A stretch of 63,123 nucleotides of DNA from Acetobacteraceae bacterium. Its GTDB lineage: Bacteria; Pseudomonadota; Alphaproteobacteria; Acetobacterales; Acetobacteraceae. A program made the position numbers and the translations under genes. The notes under the pieces are model-generated. The model was not told where the DNA came from. It was given only the letters and a program-made list of their open reading frames with translations, and did no database searches. Where the stretch lies: the NCBI GenBank assembly GCA_035606775.1, contig DATNEJ010000019.1:1-63123 (forward strand), written 5' to 3'. Positions 59,728-63,123 of the stretch are shown piece by piece; the first letter of the stretch is position 1; each line of letters opens with the position of its first letter.

Positions 59728-60564
59728 TCACCCGGCTTTCTGCAACGGGCTCTGGACCGGCACGGGCGGCACATCTTCCGCGGCCATCTTCCTGACGATA
59801 TCGGGCGTCGATGCATCGGCCGGAAACAGCATCTCCAGTGCCAACTCCGACAGCGTCACATCCGTGGGCGTACCAAAGATCGTTGTCGTGTTCAGGAAAG
59901 ACACCGTTCCCAGGCGTGTGGCGATCTGCAGCGGTGTAGCGTAGCGCTGCGGGCCTTCGCTGACCGCAGGCGCCACACCGCCGGATGGCGCCGGATAGGC
60001 CATGACCTCGGTCAGCAACGCCTGGATGATGGGGTCCGCCCTCGCCTCAATCTGCTGGCGCAGAACGGTCACCGTGTGTGCGCGCCATTCGATGAAGTTG
60101 AGGATACGCGGACCCATCCCAAGTGGATGCAGCACCAGGCGCACGGCGTTGATCGGCGGGCGCAGGAGATCGTCCGAACAGCCTTCGTAAAGTTGCGGCA
60201 ACGCGCTGTTGGACAGAACAACGTTCCAGTGGCGATCCAGCGCAAAAGCCGGATACGGCTTGTGCGCCTGCAGGATCTGGTCGATCGCCTGCCGGGCAGA
60301 TTCGAGTTCCGCCAGCGACCGTTCCTGAAAGCCCGGCGCGAAGCCCGCCGCCAGAAGCAGCATGTTCTGTTCGCGCAGCGGTATCTCCAGTTGTTCGGCG
60401 AGGTTGGCAATCATCTCGCGGCTGGGGCGTGACCGTCCTGTCTCGAGATACGACAGGTGACGCGTGGAACTGTTCGCGGCAAACGCAAGGTCCGCCTGCG
60501 TCATCCGGCGGCGTTCCCGCCACCGGCGAAGCAGGACACCGAACGGGATCTGCTGCGTGCTCAT
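59728..60564 (-). CDS. XRE-family HTH regulator with MmyB-like ligand-binding domain
   Basis: LLRRWRERRRMTQADLA...STRHLSYLETGRSRPSR, LLLAAGFAP, PYPA..LDRHWN, FGTPTDVTLSELALE..FPAD. Confidence 0.9.
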   Translation of the reverse strand: MSTQQIPFGVLLRRWRERRRMTQADLAFAANSSTRHLSYLETGRSRPSREMIANLAEQLEIPLREQNMLLLAAGFAPGFQERSLAELESARQAIDQILQAHKPYPAFALDRHWNVVLSNSALPQLYEGCSDDLLRPPINAVRLVLHPLGMGPRILNFIEWRAHTVTVLRQQIEARADPIIQALLTEVMAYPAPSGGVAPAVSEGPQRYATPLQIATRLGTVSFLNTTTIFGTPTDVTLSELALEMLFPADASTPDIVRKMAAEDVPPVPVQSPLQKAG

Positions 60565-60600
60565 GCCGCGCAGTCTAAGGCGGGCGGCGAGGCCGCACCA

Positions 60601-60658
60601 TGACCTCCCAGGTCAAAAAGCGCGCGCGGCCGCCGGCGCTTTTTGACCTGTGGCGTCA
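60601..60658. promoter_or_regulatory. Palindromic operator region between divergent XRE regulator and SnoaL-like gene
   Basis: TGACCT-ccc-AGGTCA (60601-15), degenerate second copy TGACCT-gtg-GCGTCA (60644-58), and perfect 15-bp inverted repeat 60609-23 / 60636-50. Confidence 0.65.
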
Positions 60659-60725
60659 TCGCGTCCCGGCCACCGCCCGCACCATGTTCCGCCTGCCACA
60701 AGGCTTTCACCAAGCGGAGAGTGTC

Positions 60726-61088
60726 ATGGAAGAGGCGCAGCATCTGGCGGACCGCTACGCGGCGGTGTGGAACGAGACCGATCCGGAGCGTCGCCGGCGC
60801 GCGATTGCGGCGCTGTGGGTGCGGGACGGTGAGCACTATGTCGGGACGCGCGAGGTGCGCGGCTACGACGCACTCGAACAGCGGATCACCGGCTCGCACG
60901 AGAAGAACGTGCGGGATGGCGGTCACCGCTTCCGCGCTGCACAGGACGCACGCGCGCTGCGCGACGTGGTCACGTTCCACTGGGAAATGCTGCCCGCGCA
61001 CAGCGAGGAGGTCGTCGCGACCGGGCTGGAAATCCTCGTCACCGATGGGCGAGGCCGTATCCGCATCGATTACCAGTTCGTTCTGTAA
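60726..61088 (+). CDS. SnoaL-like/NTF2 family protein
   Basis: SD GGAG; DRY.AVWNETD...RR..IA.LW..DG, FHWEM, DGRI..DYQF-like C-terminus. Confidence 0.82.
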   Translation: MEEAQHLADRYAAVWNETDPERRRRAIAALWVRDGEHYVGTREVRGYDALEQRITGSHEKNVRDGGHRFRAAQDARALRDVVTFHWEMLPAHSEEVVATGLEILVTDGRGRIRIDYQFVL

Positions 61089-61193
61089 GCCGATCCGGAA
61101 GGGCATCGGCATTCCGAAGCAAACAGGCAGGGCGGCGCGGTCATCGCCGGCGACCGAACTGCGCTGCCTGGCTTGAGCAAAAGGGAACGCGCC

Positions 61194-62510
61194 ATGCGCG
61201 ACACCAGGCAACATCTCAGCGCCGCCCGGCTGCCGTTCTATTACGGCTGGATTGTCGTGGCTGTCGCTTTCCTGACAACGGCGATCGCGGTCAACGCGCG
61301 CACCTCCTTCTCCCTGCTGCTGCCGCCGATGCTGACGGAGTTCGGCTGGAAGGACTCGGTGACGGCGGGCGCGTTCTCCTTCGGCTTCCTGATCACAGCA
61401 TGCCTCAGCCCGCTGCTTGGGCCGCTGATGGATCGGCTGGGCGCGCGGCTGGTGATGGAGCTGGGCGTGATCTGCCTGGCGGCGGGAATGCTGCTGGCAT
61501 CGCTGGCGTCCGAGCCGTGGCACATCTACGCGACACTCGGCGTGCTGGTCGCCATCGGCGGCGTGTTCCTGGGATTCACCGGCCAGGGGCTGCTGCTGCC
61601 GGCCTGGTTCGTGCGGCGGCGCGGGCTGGCGATGAGCATTGCCTTCTCCGGCGTCGGCGTCGGGTCGGTTGTCATGATGCCGTGGCTGCAATCGATCATC
61701 GGCACGATGGGCTGGCGTGCCGCGTGCTGGCGGCTCGGCTTGCTGGCGCTGGTGGTGCTGGTGCCGATCAACCTGCTGACGCGGCGGCGGCCGGAGGAGT
61801 TGGGCCTGGCGCCGGATGGCGGCTGCGCACCGACGCCCGACGCGCGCGCCCGGACGCGTCACGCGGATCCGGCGGCTGACTGGACGCTGCGACGTGCATT
61901 GCGGACGACGCGGTTCTGGTGGCTCGCGGCGGGTTATTTCGGTGCCACGTTCGTCTGGTACGCGGTGCAGGTGCATCAATCGAAGTACCTGCTGGAGGTC
62001 GGCTTCAGCCCGCGCGAGGCGGCTTGGGCGCTGGGGTTCGTCAGCTTTGCCGGCGTGCCTGGGCAGATCGCGCTCGGTCAGCTTTCGGACCGTATCGGCC
62101 GGGGCTGGGTGTGGGTCATCGGCAATGGCGGCTTCCTTGGCACCTATGTCGCGCTGCTGCTGCTGCACGACCACCCGAACCAGGGCCTGCTGTACGCGAT
62201 GGTCTTCGCGCAGGGGTTCCTGGGCTATGGGCTGATCTCCGTCCTTGGCGCCATCCCGGCGGAACTGTTCGAGGGACGGCGGTCCGGCACGATCTTCGGG
62301 ACGGTGATGCTGGCCGCATCGATGGGCGGTGCCGCGGGTCCGTGGGTCACCGGGGCGTTGCGCGGCTACACCGGCAGCTACGACCTGGCGTTCTGGTTCG
62401 GCGCTGTGCTGAGTGTGTTGTCGGCCGCGGCGGTCTGGCGGGCGATCGGGTTGTGGAAGACTGCCTCAAACGCCGCGCGGATTGGCGCGCCTGTCGAGCG
62501 GCTTGTGTGA
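61194..62510 (+). CDS. MFS transporter
   Basis: FYYGWIVV, GPLMDRLGAR, WFVRRRGLAMSIAFSGVGVG, GQLSDRIGR, TGSY..AF. Confidence 0.9.
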   Translation: MRDTRQHLSAARLPFYYGWIVVAVAFLTTAIAVNARTSFSLLLPPMLTEFGWKDSVTAGAFSFGFLITACLSPLLGPLMDRLGARLVMELGVICLAAGMLLASLASEPWHIYATLGVLVAIGGVFLGFTGQGLLLPAWFVRRRGLAMSIAFSGVGVGSVVMMPWLQSIIGTMGWRAACWRLGLLALVVLVPINLLTRRRPEELGLAPDGGCAPTPDARARTRHADPAADWTLRRALRTTRFWWLAAGYFGATFVWYAVQVHQSKYLLEVGFSPREAAWALGFVSFAGVPGQIALGQLSDRIGRGWVWVIGNGGFLGTYVALLLLHDHPNQGLLYAMVFAQGFLGYGLISVLGAIPAELFEGRRSGTIFGTVMLAASMGGAAGPWVTGALRGYTGSYDLAFWFGAVLSVLSAAAVWRAIGLWKTASNAARIGAPVERLV

Positions 62511-62842
62511 GGAAGCCGATCCTCAGGGCGCATGGGCTTCTTATTTGCGATCGAGGCGTCTGTTGGGGGTGGCGGCGTCACGTTGCATGGGGTGTTTCGT
62601 CGCTGCGTTGACGTGGATGGGTTCGACGGTGTGGGGGTTCGGGGGGTCTCCGCTTCACTTGTGGAGGGTGCGTTTTTTGTCCCCGGACGGGGTGTTCCGT
62701 TCTTCTGTCTCGTTCTTGGGGGCAGTCCGGCATCTGCCGCGCGATACATCGGCGCCGATCGGCGGTTTTTCCTGTGGATGGCTGTGGCGGCATCCGTGGG
62801 GGAACGGCACCGCCGGCGTGGCGGCGAGAAAGAAAGAATGGA

Positions 62843-62881
62843 ATCGCAGATGAAGGAAGATGCACGCGGATGCACGCGGAT
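62843..62881. repeat. Short 10-bp-period tandem repeat
   Basis: ATCGCAGATG-AAGGAAGATG-CACGCGGATG-CACGCGGAT in non-coding DNA. Confidence 0.55.
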
Positions 62882-63123
62882 CAAAGCCGTCGATCCGGGA
62901 GCGGCTCGGGTTCGTGGTCCGTGTCGGATGATAGGGGCGTGTTGAGGCGCTACGCGGCGGTTCGGCCCGCGGTCAGCCGGTCATCGGGATGCCTCCTTCG
63001 AGAGCGGTCTGGCGCGCTTGTCCTGCATCGGGTCTCATGCTCTGCCGGTTTCCGCGGTGCATGAGGTTCTGCCAATCGGCGGCGCGGTGCTCACGGTGCG
63101 TGGGCTTCTAACACGGCGTGCGC

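Noticed and set aside
62378-62945. ORFs 62378..62884 (-) and 62532..62945 (+)
   Set aside because: Low-complexity translations without motifs or clear SD; region looks non-coding.

Overview
High-GC alphaproteobacterial chromosomal segment (gene content and regulatory motifs suggest Acetobacteraceae/Rhodospirillales; inference). No rRNA, tRNA, CRISPR array, transposase or phage gene was seen. It carries: (1) a minus-strand trehalose/alpha-glucan cluster glgE-treS(+maltokinase)-glgB-[spacer, no glgX]-treZ-malQ-treY followed by a small secreted protein and asmA, with three exact GGAAC-N16/17-CGTT (sigma-EcfG-type) promoter motifs; (2) mucR, a TPR-glycosyltransferase, a TPP enzyme, two unpartnered CoxL/XDH-type molybdoprotein large subunits, an aldolase, and mntH-mntR with a palindromic operator; (3) a LexA-box-preceded imuA-imuB-dnaE2 cassette; (4) wzm/wzt, a lytic transglycosylase-SPOR lipoprotein, an Mla/Pqi-type ABC system and polA; (5) an Ltp2-like thiolase-fold/DUF35/PhyH gene group and an XRE regulator with operator palindromes. 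The most unusual signal is a 138-bp three-hairpin palindromic element sitting in frame inside dnaE2 (44153-44290), adding 46 residues to the polymerase. Also notable: PolA appears to have lost the catalytic residues of all three proofreading motifs, and an intergenic REP-like repeat occurs as two oppositely oriented tandem clusters. Product calls are from motif recognition only; no searches were run.
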